From positions 23,312,001-23,376,000 of the forward strand of contig CM022665.1 in the NCBI GenBank assembly GCA_012295275.1: a DNA stretch of 64,000 nucleotides, in the 5' to 3' direction. This DNA is from Chrysomallon squamiferum. Lineage: Eukaryota; Animalia; Mollusca. A model generated the notes under the pieces. The model was not told where the DNA came from. It searched no databases and saw only the letters and a list, made by a program, of their open reading frames with translations. Position numbers and translations under genes: made by a program. Positions 1 to 15,787 of the stretch are shown piece after piece; position 1 is the first letter of the stretch, and every line of letters begins with the position of its first letter.

Positions 1-809
1 CACCCTTTTAAATCGAATTTGTAAATTTGAATATGCGAAAGACGAAAATGTATAAAAACCAAGCTCAGGTCTATGTTATACAGAATTCACAGTTTTTACA
101 GAAAACATTTGTACATTGAACTGTAAGTACTTCGACCTTTTTTACGTTTTTATTTATTACTATGCTATGTTATTTATTTAGGTTTTCTCCCGAAAGTAAA
201 ATTTCAGTGTCTAATACTATTTACTGCATTTTAAAATGAAATTTTGCTTAACACATTAATTTAATTTGTTTAATACTCGAACGTACGCACATACACCTAC
301 ACACAAAAACACTCCCGTAAATGCATGCATATATATATTAAATATATACATATCTGCGACTATCTACATACATTTTATATTGACATACTTATGTATATAT
401 ATATTCATACATACATACAGACACACACACACACACGCACACACACACACTCTTACATACATATGTGCATATACCTACATACCTATGTGCAGAGTCTAAT
501 CAGAGATACATAAAACAGAGAACATTCAAAATCCTTAACTACAAACTTACCAGTGCCCAGAACAAATAGATGGACGCAAAGATGACGAAAGACAAAGAAC
601 GGCCTTCTTCGTGGAAAGCGATGATTACAATCCGTTATTCAGCAACCTTTCTTTTAATGTTCTCTCGATGGCCGAACGGTAACGTCGTCCGCCTTCGGAG
701 TGCGGGCGAATGGGTGCCATACGTTCCAGTATCGTCATTGGACTTCGTCCTCCTGCGCCAATGCAAAAGACATAGAATTTTCGAAATCCTACGTACATAT
801 CCTACGTAA

Positions 810-841
<32 letters not shown>

Positions 842-2938
842 GAACACGTTCATACATACATACGTACACACATACTGTTGTGAGTATTTTACAGTCAGTT
901 CAAGTTTATATAATATCATGCTTAAATCACAAACAAACAACAAAAAACGAGAGAGCCAGAGAAGAAAGAACAAAAAGAAATAAGAGATGAGTATTGCTTT
1001 CGTTGATAATCTCCGGCTAGAGGGAGTTGTCGGTGTCTTAAATCATTCTAAAATCTATTTGTCAAGTGAAACTGAAATATCAACATTCAATCGTTATTTA
1101 GACAAGAAACAATCTATATTATATAATAGCAAAATACTTTTCACCGTCTATCGCTTAGACAAATAATACGTTAGAGAAACATTTTATAATACCATTGAAA
1201 AATACGTCTTTTAGTCAGTGCCTTACACAAGGAATATTTTAAATGCCCGTTGAATTTGTATATGTTCGGTTTACTTGCTATATTAATATAGTTATTAAAC
1301 CGTTAATGCAAAAAAAAAAAAAAAAAAAAAAATCATAAAAAAATAAACCCCCCCAAAACAAGGCTTTTATTGTGCAGTATTTCTGTAACCGTAAAACTAA
1401 ATATTTTGTTAAGTCAACCAGTCTTAAAAAAGACGAAAAAAAGATTTTTGAACACAAAAAACCCCACACTATAACAAAAGTACTTCTCGGAATTGTACAT
1501 CGTAATAGATATTCTGGTTTCTAAAGCAAGAAAAGCATTCAAAGACAATGATGAATCACTGGCGATGGAAGAAATTTATAGCAGTTAAAATCATCAGGTT
1601 CTGATGTAAACTGTTTTCCCAAATGCACTAGACTGAAAACAGGTCGAAGTGTATATGTAGTTTCTTCTATGTAATGAATTAATATATCGACTGATAAAAA
1701 TACTCTTTTTTATTAGAAGTTGGCATTTGTGTTTTTATTAGTGTAAATTACGGGCAGACCAACCTCGTCATCGCCTGTAAACAAAGAGTGACTTTATTTC
1801 AGTATTGCATAGTAACACCTGGTTTCTGTAATTTATAACGGATATGACAGTGAATGAAATATTTATACGGAATTTGTTAATTTTCATTTTTTTATTAATG
1901 CGAAATCATTTAGAGAAGCCTGTGTGCAATATTTGCTATTCTATTGTGTTACTCTATTTTGCGTTTTTTATTTTATTTATTAGCTCACAGTAAATCTCTA
2001 ATTGACTACTGACTGTTTACTGGTCGCCAAGTTCAGTGATTATTAATTAAATTACTCAGTCATTTGTTATTGTTACAGCTCACACTTCTATATCCCAATA
2101 TTATTTGCAGACAGTCAAACCCGTTTCGTTTTTTCTTTTTCTTTTCTCAATATTTGTTTAATTCCACCAACAAATGGTTCTATGTCTGTCTTTCTGATAA
2201 TTATAACTGTCTGATACTGAATATTGTCATTTCATATGTTTGTAACTTTACTTTATTTTATTTTACTTATTTTTAAGTCATAGAACAATTTTGAGTATCT
2301 TATATCTGTATTCGTTAGTGGTTGAGTGTGTACTAGTTATTTTATACAATTATTATTCGTTGTTTCAGTGCTGAAACAATGAGAAGCTACATCTTTGTTC
2401 TAGCTGTACTGATATTTACTACAGGTGAGTTCTTTGATTTATTATAGTGAACTGGGAGGGAGACTATGAAATAAAATATTACAAAATACAAAAGGTAAAA
2501 GATAACTAAGAAAATACGAAAATAAATTAACAGAAAAGAAAATATAATGGTAAATATCATATAAAATATCTTTTCTTGGCAAAACATACGGAACAGTTTA
2601 ACACAACTTCAGAAGTAGAGAGAATGAAGTATGAGTAGACTGGTGACAGAAGTTTATTACAGATGTGTTTAGTGGGGATTTTCGTCGATGGTTTTCCAAT
2701 GGCGTGTTTTCCACTTCATGTCCAGCTGCTGATTTTTCAAAGTCGTGACAGATCTTTATTACATGTAAAACAGATGAAGTGAAAAATGAGGGTTATGTTC
2801 CCCTGGTTTTATCTTAGGCAGAAAGAAAAAGTCTAAGAAACAAAACTTTTTTGTTACTGATGTAATAACACGTATCTATGTTGTATGTTTGTTGTTTTTT
2901 TGGAGGGGTATGGTGAATTTGTGGTGTATCATTATTTA

Positions 2939-2994
<56 letters not shown>

Positions 2995-3267
2995 TTCTTG
3001 CTATGTTTTGATTTTAAACTTCAGTTAACTTCTCTAGTATTTCTTGAGCAGTAGTTTCAAAGCAATGTATGTTGAACTTTTTTTTCAGTTTCTGGTCAGT
3101 TCTGGGACTGTAGAAATCCACAACTGAATTGTGTTTCTCCTGGTACATGCGATGCCAGTGGAGCTTGCACTGGATGCCCGGATTCCGGTTACGACTGTGG
3201 ATTAGACAAAGGTAAATACAAATGAAACTAATTTTTATATTTAAACAACAACAGAAAAGTTAATAGC

Positions 3268-3328
<61 letters not shown>

Positions 3329-3649
3329 CAATCAATAAATAAAATCTCGTTTCTTTGTGGTATTACTGTCTTTGGTATTTATTTCCAAATTGTAAAAGCT
3401 GATGTCAGTTATCGTTTTCAACTAAATAACTGTAAAATTGTTAATCTGAACGTTTTAAATTTGATTTCTATCGAAAAATAACACGACTGACATCTGTAAG
3501 GATGTTTACTTATTATTCAGTTTGGTCACTGTTTTATCACGTATACATTTAATTAAACACACTTTCAAAAGTAAATAGACCAAAGACAGATGAATATTTT
3601 AGAATATTTTAAACTTCAAGAACCTTCATTTTCTCTTTCAAAAAAAAAA

Positions 3650-3680
<31 letters not shown>

Positions 3681-4745
3681 AATAACAATAAAATCTAATA
3701 TTTTTAAAATATTTTTCTTCTTCCACAGCTAACATAGATAAAAACGACTGCACAGCTGAATCGTGTTCAAATGGCGGCACATGTACAGATAAAAAACAGG
3801 GCGACAGCTCAGTAACCTGTTACTGTCCCCCTGAGTACACGGGAAATACTTGTGAGACTCCACGGTGTAAGTACAACACACCCTAAATTATAGTTGTTGT
3901 TGTTGGTGCTGCTGTTGTTAATCTTCTTGTTCATCTTCTTGTACTGTTTTTGGCGCTTGTTATACTTTCCTTCTTTAGTTTTTACTTGTACGATTAGTTT
4001 TATCAGTAAATAGTTTAATTATCTTATTGTTGTTGTTGTTGCTGTTGTAGTTGTTGTTGTTGTTGTTGTTGTTATTATTATTATTATTATTTACATTTCA
4101 ATTAGTTTGATCACTTAAATGAAAGATTAAAACATGCGCAAATATATAGTATTATTGCTATTATATTATTAGTATTATTATTATTATTATTATTATTATC
4201 ATGTTGTTGTTGTTATTGTTTATTGACTATAGTTACCGTGGTATGTTACCTGACATCTATGGAAGTATCTGTAAACCCTGCATTTACTCCTAATGGAGGT
4301 GTTTATGTTTTTGGCCATCCTGCCTGTAAACTGAGTGGAACTGGTCCGTACACGAAAACATTAGACCACGCTGATGATGGAACGTGTGGTGCCAGTGCTG
4401 AAACGACGTCAGGCGTATGTTATTAAATACGTTTACTTACTGACTCAGCCGTCATATATTTATTTATTTAGTTTAGTATCTTTATTTACTACATGAAAAA
4501 TACTTAAACACGTGTCGCAAACACACACACACACACACACAAGCACCTACGTACATACTTCTAAATATAGACATACATACAGAATGAACCAGAATCAACA
4601 GCAAATGTTTTTTTATAACCAAATGAAGTAATACAAAACGATGTGGAAATCGACTAATACGAAATTTTTAAAACTTTAAACATAATCAGAATTACGCATT
4701 AAAATACTGCACCCTAAAATTTATTTTGATATAATAATTACTAAT
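1..4745 (+). repeat. Segmental duplicate of ~9915-14553 (upstream region + first four coding exons of the EGF-ZP gene)
   Basis: Window start CACCCTTTTAAATCGAATTTGTAAATTTG recurs at 9915. The two regions are colinear and near-identical through introns and exons up to the N gap; the ATGs are at 2379 and 12179. Confidence 0.93.
2379..4414 (+). CDS. EGF-EGF-ZP protein, copy 1 (5' partial; exons 2379-2424, 3089-3211, 3729-3866, 4233-4414; remainder lost at or in the assembly gap)
   Basis: GT-AG exons splice in frame: signal peptide MRSYIFVLAVLIFTTVSG, EGF1 WDCRNPQLNCVSPGTCDASGACTGCPDSGYDCGLD, EGF2 CTAESCSNGGTC...CYCPPEYTGNTC, ZP-N start VVCYLTSMEVSVNP. Paralogous to the complete copy 2. Confidence 0.85.
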
Positions 4746-4945
4746 NNNNNNNNNNNNNNNNNNNNNNNNNNNNNNNNNNNNNNNNNNNNNNNNNNNNNNN
4801 NNNNNNNNNNNNNNNNNNNNNNNNNNNNNNNNNNNNNNNNNNNNNNNNNNNNNNNNNNNNNNNNNNNNNNNNNNNNNNNNNNNNNNNNNNNNNNNNNNNN
4901 NNNNNNNNNNNNNNNNNNNNNNNNNNNNNNNNNNNNNNNNNNNNN
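4746..4945. other. Assembly gap (200 N)
   Basis: Run of N. Sequence after the gap does not continue copy 1. Confidence 1.
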
Positions 4946-6147
4946 TAATACTTTTAGACATTCTCAAAGGAAAGTTCGTTAATACAGAGATAATAAGCAA
5001 CAAAGGCTCTGAGATATGTAGATAACATGTGAGGAATATTTTAAAGCTTTGCATGTATTATTTATCTATGAGTTACTCCCCGTGAGGGGATACCTGTAAG
5101 AGGATACCTGAATATGTTTAAATAAAATCAAAGAAAAACACACACACACACACACACACACAGACTCTGATGTATATATATAAAAATACATATATATACA
5201 TAAAACACACAAACCCCCCACGGAAAAAAAAAGCCAGATAGTACACTAAGAAAATCAAAGGCCGCTATGTGTTGCACATCTGTCTAGTAAATGATTCCAT
5301 GTTGCTAACCTGGAAATGATGAAATATCTGTAAGAAATGTTCTCTCTCATACCGTATACAAGAAGTCATGATAAGCAAAAATGTTTGTGGACCCGAGTCT
5401 GTGCTTGGGAAACCTTTTTCAAAACTACCTACTCAAATTTATTAATCGTTAGTAACTTCTTTCTGAGCCGAGCTAAATTTTATATAATGTTTGAGTGACA
5501 ATACTGATTATTTCTGACAGAAATACACCCAGAGAAGCTGACGGTTGAAGCTAATGATTTATTTCAAAATTAAATCAGTTCGAAGAAATTCATACCAATA
5601 AGTGTCCTTCCACAGACATCTCAGTTTTATTTCGTTTATTTCAACTTTCAAAGATATTTCTATAGTTTGTGATTTCTAGTAAAAGAAGATGAAATTAACG
5701 ATGGAACAAAACGTAGTCGCATTTATTTATTATGAATTGCTTGATTTTCGTTTTAAAGCGAAATATACAAATATAATATTACATCGTGATCTAAAAAACA
5801 AGATTCCAGCTTCGAATGAGATATTTTAATTTGGCTGTAAATAAGAAACTTACCAGAACAAGTCTTTCTTAAAAGTAATTTACACGTCATTTGATAGTGT
5901 ATCAGGTTTGTTTTTGTTTTTGTTGTTATTGTTTTTTATTAGGCGTACATATATTTTTCTGTTGGGTGATTCTTTTCCCTTCTTTCTTTTTTGTAAATGT
6001 TTGTGTACTTTGCTAATATAATGTCAATATTTAGGCATAAAGGCAATTTGTGAAAACAGAAATATAACAACATTTATTTTATTTCTCGCAATTTATTATT
6101 TTAGCTTTTCTTTAGGTACAAATATGTGTTTATGTGCGCACCTTTAC

Positions 6148-6185
<38 letters not shown>

Positions 6186-6546
6186 ACACATTCACACACA
6201 CGCAAGTACACAGAAAGAACAGTGTGATAAGAAATTTAATACAACATTTTGCCGCTAATCCTGTCTTTATATCAGTTCAATTTATTCTATATTGGTTGTT
6301 AATTTTATATTCGTCATCGACTACCTTTATTTAAATGGTCCTCTTTAAGTGAAAGGAAAAATAAATGCTCTGGATATCTTGTTGCTGCTGCTACTGTTGT
6401 TTATTGTAGTGTATTACTTCTACTACTGCAACTATTTAACCTAAACTGGCACAGAATTATAAAGAGGGCAAGAGTGAGACTGTCAAAAGCTAATGAATGG
6501 AGCTACGAAAGCAATTAGAATTTCTAGGGAATGTTTCTAGGCTATG

Positions 6547-7090
6547 TCACGATACTTCTTTTCTTATATTTCCGTCGACCAGTGACTGCAAGTTGTATAA
6601 TTGCTGTTTCATTTTTTGGCCTGCAGGGTTCTTTATAGAGGTGAGCAGTTTGTAAATATTTGGATGTGGCGACTTCAGTGGATTGTTCAGTTTATGGTGC
6701 CAGCCTTGAACATGGTTTGTTGTGCGTGGGCCAGTGGTTTCGTAGTGGTTCCATGCTGATCTGCTGTCTCTAGTCACCCATGTTCAGTTACATAGTCTGC
6801 GAACTTGTCGATGTCGGGGAATTCTACGATCAAGAGCATGCAGCTATACGTCACCCAGTCGATCTAACGGTACTAGTGGGAGAACAGCAGCACGTCGCAC
6901 AAACGTCTGGACATCAGCGTTGTCCCTTAAAGGGATGGCTAGTTTACATGGTTCTCGTGAGTATCGGATTATACACTGGGTGTAATGAAAAAACATCCTT
7001 TCATTTCGACACCTGGAAACACGGATGAAACACCGTTCCATGCTGCTGACTCAAAGACCATGAAGATATCCCAACATCATTTTGGCTACG
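6547..7090 (-). mobile_element. Degenerate MULE (Mutator-like) transposase fragment
   Basis: Minus-strand translation WNHYETTGPRTTNHVQGWHHKLN..HPNIYKLL matches the MULE C-terminal W-N..RTNNxxEGWH motif. Upstream pieces (RRAAVLPLVPLDRL) are in another frame. Confidence 0.75.
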
Positions 7091-8994
7091 TGGGAGACAG
7101 ATGTTTTTAAGTTTTAGGCTAAGTGAGAGTGAACCGTTTTGAAACATATATGCTCATACGTAAGTGTTCAAACAAATTTATTGATCTGCTAATATTTTGT
7201 TTAGGGTGATCATGGAAAAGGTTTCATATTAGAAAAATACTATTTGTGAATCCCTTTTAGCACTAAAATATGATGAATTAGGAACAAAAGATTATTTTCA
7301 AGAATATGCCAAACCGTTTTAGGATGGGGCGGGGTTATGGGAGCCCCTATCGTAAATTAGGGTTCACTTTAGGACATGAATTCTGATTCAGTTTTGCTGT
7401 TATGACCTATTATGACTGCAAGTCAGTCAGTATTTTTAATTTTTATATGTAATAATGTTGTATAATTTTGCTACGTAAATGTGTATTTTGTTCTGTCATT
7501 ACAACTTCTTTGGCTGTCATCTGTGTCTTCAGGCGTGACCAGGTTGAAAGCCGTCTCGTTCATTATCAGTGGGTATCTACTTTACATCTTCATGAACACC
7601 TCGCCCTTTTTTTGTGCAGGGACAAAGCCCTGTAATTTGTGAAATGCTAAACTAATACGCTTCTCAAAGATACGATCTTAAAAGCACAGACATTTAGTGT
7701 TCGATTCATGGAGCTTGCAGTTATTTTGTAACTCTAATTCAAGTTAAGTCAACGATAAATTATTTTTTAAAAAGTTGAAATAATAACGTTATGGTGTATT
7801 TAAAAATATAAAATAAAATCAGAGAAATAATGTTTATTTATTTATTTATTTATTGTTGGAAAGACAAACAAAAGAAGAAAAAAAAGTAAATAACAAATAA
7901 ACTAATAAAGACACTCAAGCGGCGATGAAATATGTTCAGACAAAAAAGAAAAAACGTAAAACAAATCTCTAAATGAAAATAATGTTATTAGTTTAATAAC
8001 AACATCCTTCTTGACAGTAGTAAATGCGTCGTGGTAATGTATTCAAGTAAGGATATACAACATAAGTAAATGAATGAGGTTGTTGTTCAGATATCTGAGT
8101 GCAGTGTTAACCTTTTGTTACAAAACTTCTGTGAACCCACTGCACTATTTCCTAAGTCAAACATCCATGAGACTATTTTGTAAAAAGCTGTATTATATGT
8201 TTTACCGTTTATGGGAAAATACTTATGAAAATTCCCTCGTTGAGTTATTCCAAATCAGTAACATATAGCTGCCGTTTTCTTCATTTATTATCTACGTAGT
8301 CGTGAATGTTATGAGTAAAGTCATATAATGTAGATTATGATTATGTGGAGTGCGTAGTTTATACATAAAAACATTTTGTACAAGATACAATTTAAGGGAA
8401 AGTCTGAATATTAAATTTTAATAAATAATACGATTATGCAAACAGTAAAATCAATAATAAATAAATAAGTATGTCAGTGAAAAAGACTTACTAAAGGTAG
8501 TCGTCGTTTTGTACTCTGTACGTGCAACAGCTGACATCGTTTTTCAACCATATAAGAAAAGATTTAGAGAATATTAATATATTTATTTGGTATAATTGTT
8601 TGTCATTTTTAATATTGAAACAACATAGAAAAGTGAATGTACATTTCATAAACTCAAGTATTTTTAACATAATTTAAACTGACATCAATAAATTCATTGA
8701 TCATCATTATATCCGAAAATCGAAGACTTCTAACTGGTTGTGTTATCGTGAAACATTCATTCACTAATTTTCAGTTAAGAGAATTACAATATCTGTCTAA
8801 AGTATTAATGTAAATAACAAAAAATTTAATTATTATTTTTCTTCATTTTATCGTCCATTCTTTTCTTACCCCAGAAGCCTGTTTGTTTATGGTTTCATTT
8901 ATTTTATTTAATAAGACTTGCTCGTGCTTTAAAATGGTGGTTATTCCTATTGTCCCGAAAAAGTAATTCACTGCAAGACTAGTATAAAGCTACA

Positions 8995-9103
<109 letters not shown>

Positions 9104-12100
9104 AACTCGATGATGTGACAGTTTCTGGTTTCTTTTCTACATACTTTAATAATTTCATGAAGACTGCGTCTATCGTCGCAACATTACGTTTAGTATATTG
9201 CACAGTTTTTGCTTTAGGTTAAACACTGTTTTATGTAAAAACAATATACAGAAGTACTGGGAATACAGCTTCGATTCTCTCTTATTTGTGTGACTATCGA
9301 ACTTGTTCATTTGACTAGATGTCAATATTTTTTAAACAGATAAATCACTTAAGAAATGAATGAACTCATGGTTATTAATATTTGGTAATTTTAATGCATA
9401 GTATATACAGTTATTTCGTAATTCACTATGCATAAAATTTTCCTCAAAACAAAATCTTTTCCTTTTAAAAACAAAACAAAACAAAAATAATGAAATGATA
9501 AAAAATGAAAAGAGAAAATGTAATGAAAGAAAAAACAAGGAAAATAACAAAAACGTATGCAAATATTTATCGCTAGATTCCTATTTTGTTTTCCAGTTAT
9601 TCAGTTTTGTTTACTTATATAGGCGATAAAAATAATTTTCATATTACATGTCATAAGCTGTCAAATTTTCCAGAAAGGTGTGAACAAAGGTGAACAGATT
9701 ATGAACAGAACCAATAAGAGAAGAGAACGCGGCAACGTCAAAGGATGTACAAGCAACCTCTTTTCAAGGAATGAGTCATTGTCAAAGAGTACGTTCATTA
9801 TTATTTATATATTTGTTACCGCTATTTAAATTATAATAATTGTTGTTTGACGTAAGTCACACCTTTACACAGGCAGCCAATGAGAAACCGATTAGATGTC
9901 GGGTACCCTTGAAACACCCTTTTAAATCGAATTTGTAAATTTGAATATGCAAAAGACGAAAATGTATAAAAACCAAGCTCAGGTCTATGTTATACAGAAC
10001 TGACAGTTTTGATACAGAAAACATTTGTACACTGAACTGTAAGTACTTCTGATTTTTTACGTTTTTATTTATTCCTATACTATGTTATTTTTTTAGTAGT
10101 GTCTTTTAGGTTTTCTCTCGAAAGTAAAATTTCAGTGTCTAATACTATTTAATGCATTTTAAAACGACGTTTTACATAACACATTAATTTAATTTGTATA
10201 ATACCCGAATGAACGTGCATACACACTAAAACTCACACACATCCACATATACCCATATTAAGTATATACATATCTGCACATATCTAATAACATTATATAT
10301 TGACATATTTATATATATAAAACATACGTACATATATACATACATACACACACGAATACATGCATGCACACATTCACACACCCTTACATATACATATACA
10401 TGCATACATACGTACGTACATACATGTGGATAAGTACATACGCACATACATACATGCATACATATATGGATACATAAATGTATATGTGCATACATACATG
10501 TATACTGTTGTGAGTATGTTACAGTAACATCACGTTTATATATAATCATGGTTAAATCAGTGTTTATATATAATCACGTAACTTGTAGCATGTTTGATAA
10601 AGAAAAGAAAAACAAACAACCAAGAAACGACAGAAAAATAAAGAAGAAAAAGAAATAACAGACGTGTATTGCTTTCCATGCTAGGAGCAGTTATCGATGT
10701 TCAGTCTAAAAATATCTACTTGTCCAGTGAGACTGAAATAACAACATTTGGTCATTATTTAGACAAGAAACAATCTGTATTGTATAATAGCAAGATACTT
10801 TTTACAGTCAATCGCTTAGACAAGTAATACATTAGAGAAACATTTTATAGTACTATTGAAAAATACGTCTTTTAGTCAGTGCCTTACACAACGAATATTT
10901 TAAATGCTCTAAAAATATATTTTATTATTATTATAATAATTGCAAAATACGTTTTTATTACAGTCGCTTAGAGAAGTAATATATTAACTGCTTTAGAAGC
11001 ATTATTATCAAACCATTCAAGTTTGTGGTGGTATGTAATTATAACCCTGAAAATCCTCCAGTCAGACAGATGAATTCGCCTTCGTTGAATTTGTATATGT
11101 TCAATTTACTTGCTATATTAATATATTTATTAAACTGTTAATACAGAAGAATGCAAGGTATTTTTACAACCGCGAAGTATTTTGAAAAAACAAGCAGTTT
11201 AAAAATGGAATAAAAAACAAATAATAACAAATAAAGATTTTTAAAGAGAAATGACCCGATTATAACTAATGTCGTTCACGGAACTGTACATCGAAATAGA
11301 TATTCTGGTTTCTAAAGCAAGAAAAGCAGTCAAAAACAATGATGTATTACTAGCAATGGAAGACATTTATAGCAATTAAAATCAGCAGGCTCTGATGAAA
11401 ACTGTATTCCCAAATGTATCAGATTGAAAACAGGTCACAGTCTACACGTAGTTTATTCTACGTAATGAATTAATATATCGACTGATAAAAATACTCTTTT
11501 TTATTAGAAACTGGCATTTGTGTTTTTATTTGTGTAAATTACGGGCAGACCAACCTCTTCGTCGCCTGTAAAGAAAGAGTGACTTTATTTGAGCGTTACG
11601 ATATACACTTCAGAGCTACAAGTATCCATAAAACAAAGATTTACCTGGTTTCTGTAATTTATGATATAATATTTATATGAAATTTGTGACTTTTCATTTT
11701 TTTTTTATTAATGTGAAATCATTTAGACAAGCTGTGTGCAATATCTGCTATTCTATTGTATTACTCCATTTTGCGTTTTTTATTTTATTTATTAGCTCAC
11801 AGTAAATCTCTAAATGACTACTGACTGTTCACTGGCGGCCCAGTTCAGTGATTATTAATTAAATTACTCAGTCATTTGTTATTGTTACAGCTCACACTTC
11901 TATATCCGAATATTATTTGCAGACAATGAAACCAGCTTTTTTCTTTCTATCTTTGATTCAGTCTTTCTTTTTCTTTTTTCTTTTTTGTTCCTCATTATTT
12001 CTTAACTCAACCAACAGATGACTTCATAAATGGCGCCTTCTATATCCGACATTTCATATGTTTGTAACTTTATTTTGTTGTATTTTTTTTTAAAGGGATA

Positions 12101-12178
12101 AAAGATTTTATTGGTTAGTGGTTGAGTGGTTACTGGTGATTTTATACAATTATTATTCGTTGTTTTAGTGCTGAAACA

Positions 12179-12738
12179 ATGAGAAGCTACATCTTTGTTC
12201 TAGCTGTACTGATATTTACTACAGGTGAGTTCTTTGATTTATTATAGTGAACTGGGAAGGAAATAAAATAAAATATTACAAGATACAAAAGGTAAAACAT
12301 AACTAAGAAAATACGAAAATAAATTAACAGAAAAGAAAATATAATGGTAAATATCATATAAAATATCTTTTCTTGGCAAAACATACGGAACAGTTTAACA
12401 CAACTTCAGAAGTAGAGAGAATGAAGTATGAGTAGACTCGTGACAGAAGTTTATTACAGATGTGGTTAGTGGGGATTTTCGTCGATGATTTCCCAATGGC
12501 GTGTTTTCCACTTCATGTCCAGCTGCTGATTTTTCAAAGTCGTGACAGGTCTTTATTACATGTAAAACAGATGAAGTGAAAAATGAGGGTTATGTTTCCC
12601 TGGTTTTATCGTAAGCAGAAAGAAAAAGTCTAAGAAACAAAACTTTTTTGTTACTGATGTAATAACACGTATCTATGTTGTATGTTGTTGTTTTTTTTTG
12701 GAGGGGTATTGTGAATTTGTGGTGTATCATTATTTATC

Positions 12739-12813
<75 letters not shown>

Positions 12814-15746
12814 TTCTTCCTGTGTTTTGATTTTAAACTTCAGTTGATTTCTCTAGTATTTATTGAGCAGTAGTTTCAAAGTAATGTATGTTGACTTTTT
12901 TTTCAGTTTCTGGTCAGTTCTGGGACTGTAGAAATCCACAACTGAATTGTGTTTCTCCTGGTACATGCGATGCCAGTGGAGTTTGCACTGGATGCCCGGA
13001 TTCCGGTTACGACTGTGGATTAGACAGCGGTAAATACGAATGAAACTAATTTTTATATTTAAACAACAACAGAAAAGTTAATAATAATAATAATAAATAA
13101 ATAAATAAATAAATAAATAAAATCTCGTTTCTTTGTGGTATTACTGTCTTTGGTATTTATTTCCGAATTGTAAAAGCTGTTGTCAGTTATCGTTTTCAAC
13201 TAAATAACTGTAAAATTGTTAATTTGAACGTTTTAAATCTGATTTCTATCGAGAAATAGCACAACCGATTTCTCTAAGGATGTTTACTTATTATTTAACT
13301 TGGTCACTGTTTTATCACGTATACATTTAATTGAACAAACGTACATAAATAAATAGACCAAAGACAGAAGAATATATCAGAATATTTCAAACTTCAAGAA
13401 ACTTAATTTTTCTCATTCTAAAAAAAAATAAATAAATAAATAAAATAATATTAATAATAATAATAACAATAAAAATCTAATATTTTTGTAATATTTTTCT
13501 CCTTCCACAGCTAACAAAGGTAAAAACGACTGCACAGCTAAATCGTGTTCAAATGGAGGCACATGTACAGATAAAAAACAGGGCGACAGCTCAGTAACCT
13601 GTTACTGCCCCCCTGAGTACATGGGAAATACTTGTGAGACTCCACGGTGTAAGTACAACACACCCTAAATTATCGTTGTTGTTGTTGGTGCTGCTGTTGT
13701 TAACTTTTTTGTTCATCTTCTTGTACTGTTTTTGGCATTTATTATACTTTCCTTCTTTAGTTTTTACTTGTCACCATTAGTTTTATCAGCAAATAGTTTA
13801 ATTATCTTATTGTTATTGTTGTTGTTGTTGTTATTATTATTATTATTATTATTATTTACATTTCAATTAGTTTGATCGCTTAAATGAAAGATTCTAACAT
13901 GTGCGCATATATAGTTTTATTGTTATTATATTATTAGTATAAATATTATTATTATCATCATCATCATCATTATTAATGTTATGTTGTTGTTGTTGTTGTT
14001 GTTGTTTATTAGCTATATTATTTTTGACAGTTACCGTGGTATGTCACGGGGAATATATGGATGTAACTGTAAACCCTGCATTTACTCCTAATGGAGGTGT
14101 TTATGTTTTTGGCAAACCTAACTGTAAACTGAGTGGAAGTGGAACTGGTCCGTACAAGAAAACATTAAACCACGCTGATGATGCAACGTGTGGTGCCAGT
14201 GCTGAAACGACGTCAGTTGTATGTTATTAAATACGTTTACTTACTGACTCAGCCGTCATATATTTACTTATTTATTTATTTTAGTATCTGTATTTACTTC
14301 ATGAAAAATACTTAAACACGTGTCGCAAGTACACACACACACACACACACAACCACCTACGTACATACTTCTAAATATAGACATACATACAGAATGAACC
14401 AGAATCAACAGCTAATGTTTTTTATAACCAAATGAAGTAATACAAAACGATGTGGAAATCGACTAATACGAAATTTTTAAAACTTTAAACATAATCAGAA
14501 TTACGCATTGAAATACTGCACTATAAAAAATATTTTGATATAATAATTACTAATGAAAAAAGCATCATCCATTTATGTGTTATAATTAATAATGTGAACC
14601 AACTATACTTCAGTATTTTGTTTTAGTCAATATTTTCTCTTTTTGCTGTTTGCTTTTTGTATGCGAATCGGTATTTCCAAGTAATTATAACTCAAATAAA
14701 ATTTAAAGTTTATTATAAAAGCATATTTTGAATTTTCCCTTCTTTTTCAGTTTAAACGTTTTCATTTTTAATGTTTTGTCTTCAGTTCATTTAGTTCATT
14801 TTTTAAAATTAAAATCGTCATTTTACAGGGAACAAAAGCCTGGGAAAGAAAATTATTAGTTCAAGAACACGCAGCAGTGGTAACAGACGCCGATTTCATT
14901 GTTAAATTCACGTGTACTTTCGATGGAGAGACACTGGTTTCACACACAGCAACAACAGTAAACATTGATGATAGGTATGTTCATATATATAACATCTTTA
15001 TTCCATTAAATACTGACATTCTGACATAATGGAAATAGTACTTTTAAAAGATATTCCTTCCTGTACTATAGTTTCATTTGAATAGATATGTAAGAGAAAC
15101 ATTAAACACTTTTGAAACAATACGGGTGGATGGATGATTGAATATACAGATTATTCTTCTGACAGTGACAGATATGTATCTAGAGAGATAGATTCAGATA
15201 TTTTCAGTTATATAAAGATTCATTATATAACTCAAACGAATTGATCAAATTGTAGACTACGTAATACTGAGAATTTATTGTAGTAATAATTGTATATCAG
15301 TGTTTTATTCGAATATAATTTGACCTAAATCAACATTTAAATTTTTATCACTTAGTGTTGATTCATTTACCTTCACTCTTACTCGAAGATGTCCCATTCT
15401 TAAAACTAATTTAATTTTACCGTAGTGGTTTCGATGAAGCTACACAAACTGGAGAGTTCGGAAAGGTGAAATTGGAAGCTTCTCCTACTGATACGAGTCT
15501 AGCCGTTGGAGCAAAAGTCACCTTTACCTTGACAGGAGATACTGGTATCATTTTAATTTATTTATTACTCCTTAAATAATTACTGGAAATAATTGTTTTT
15601 TTCCTGTTTTTTTTTTTGTTTGTTTTTTTAAAGAACCGTTCTATTTTGTTATTTATTTACTTTTATATGATATTATTATTATTTTGTTCATGCAAAATCG
15701 TAGCTGAATGGATACCCAGAACCGCTTTTATCTCTCTCTCTCTCTC

Positions 15747-15787
<41 letters not shown>

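Noticed and set aside
266-513. His/Thr/Tyr/Ile-rich ORFs (also 10226-10549, 37677-37972)
   Set aside because: Translations of CA/TA microsatellite-rich sequence.
2387-2587. Hydrophobic minus-strand ORFs (also 12187-12384, 9332-9562)
   Set aside because: Antisense of A-rich intronic or intergenic DNA; the true coding exon is on the plus strand.
4692-5054. 120-aa ORF
   Set aside because: Artefact of reading through the N gap.
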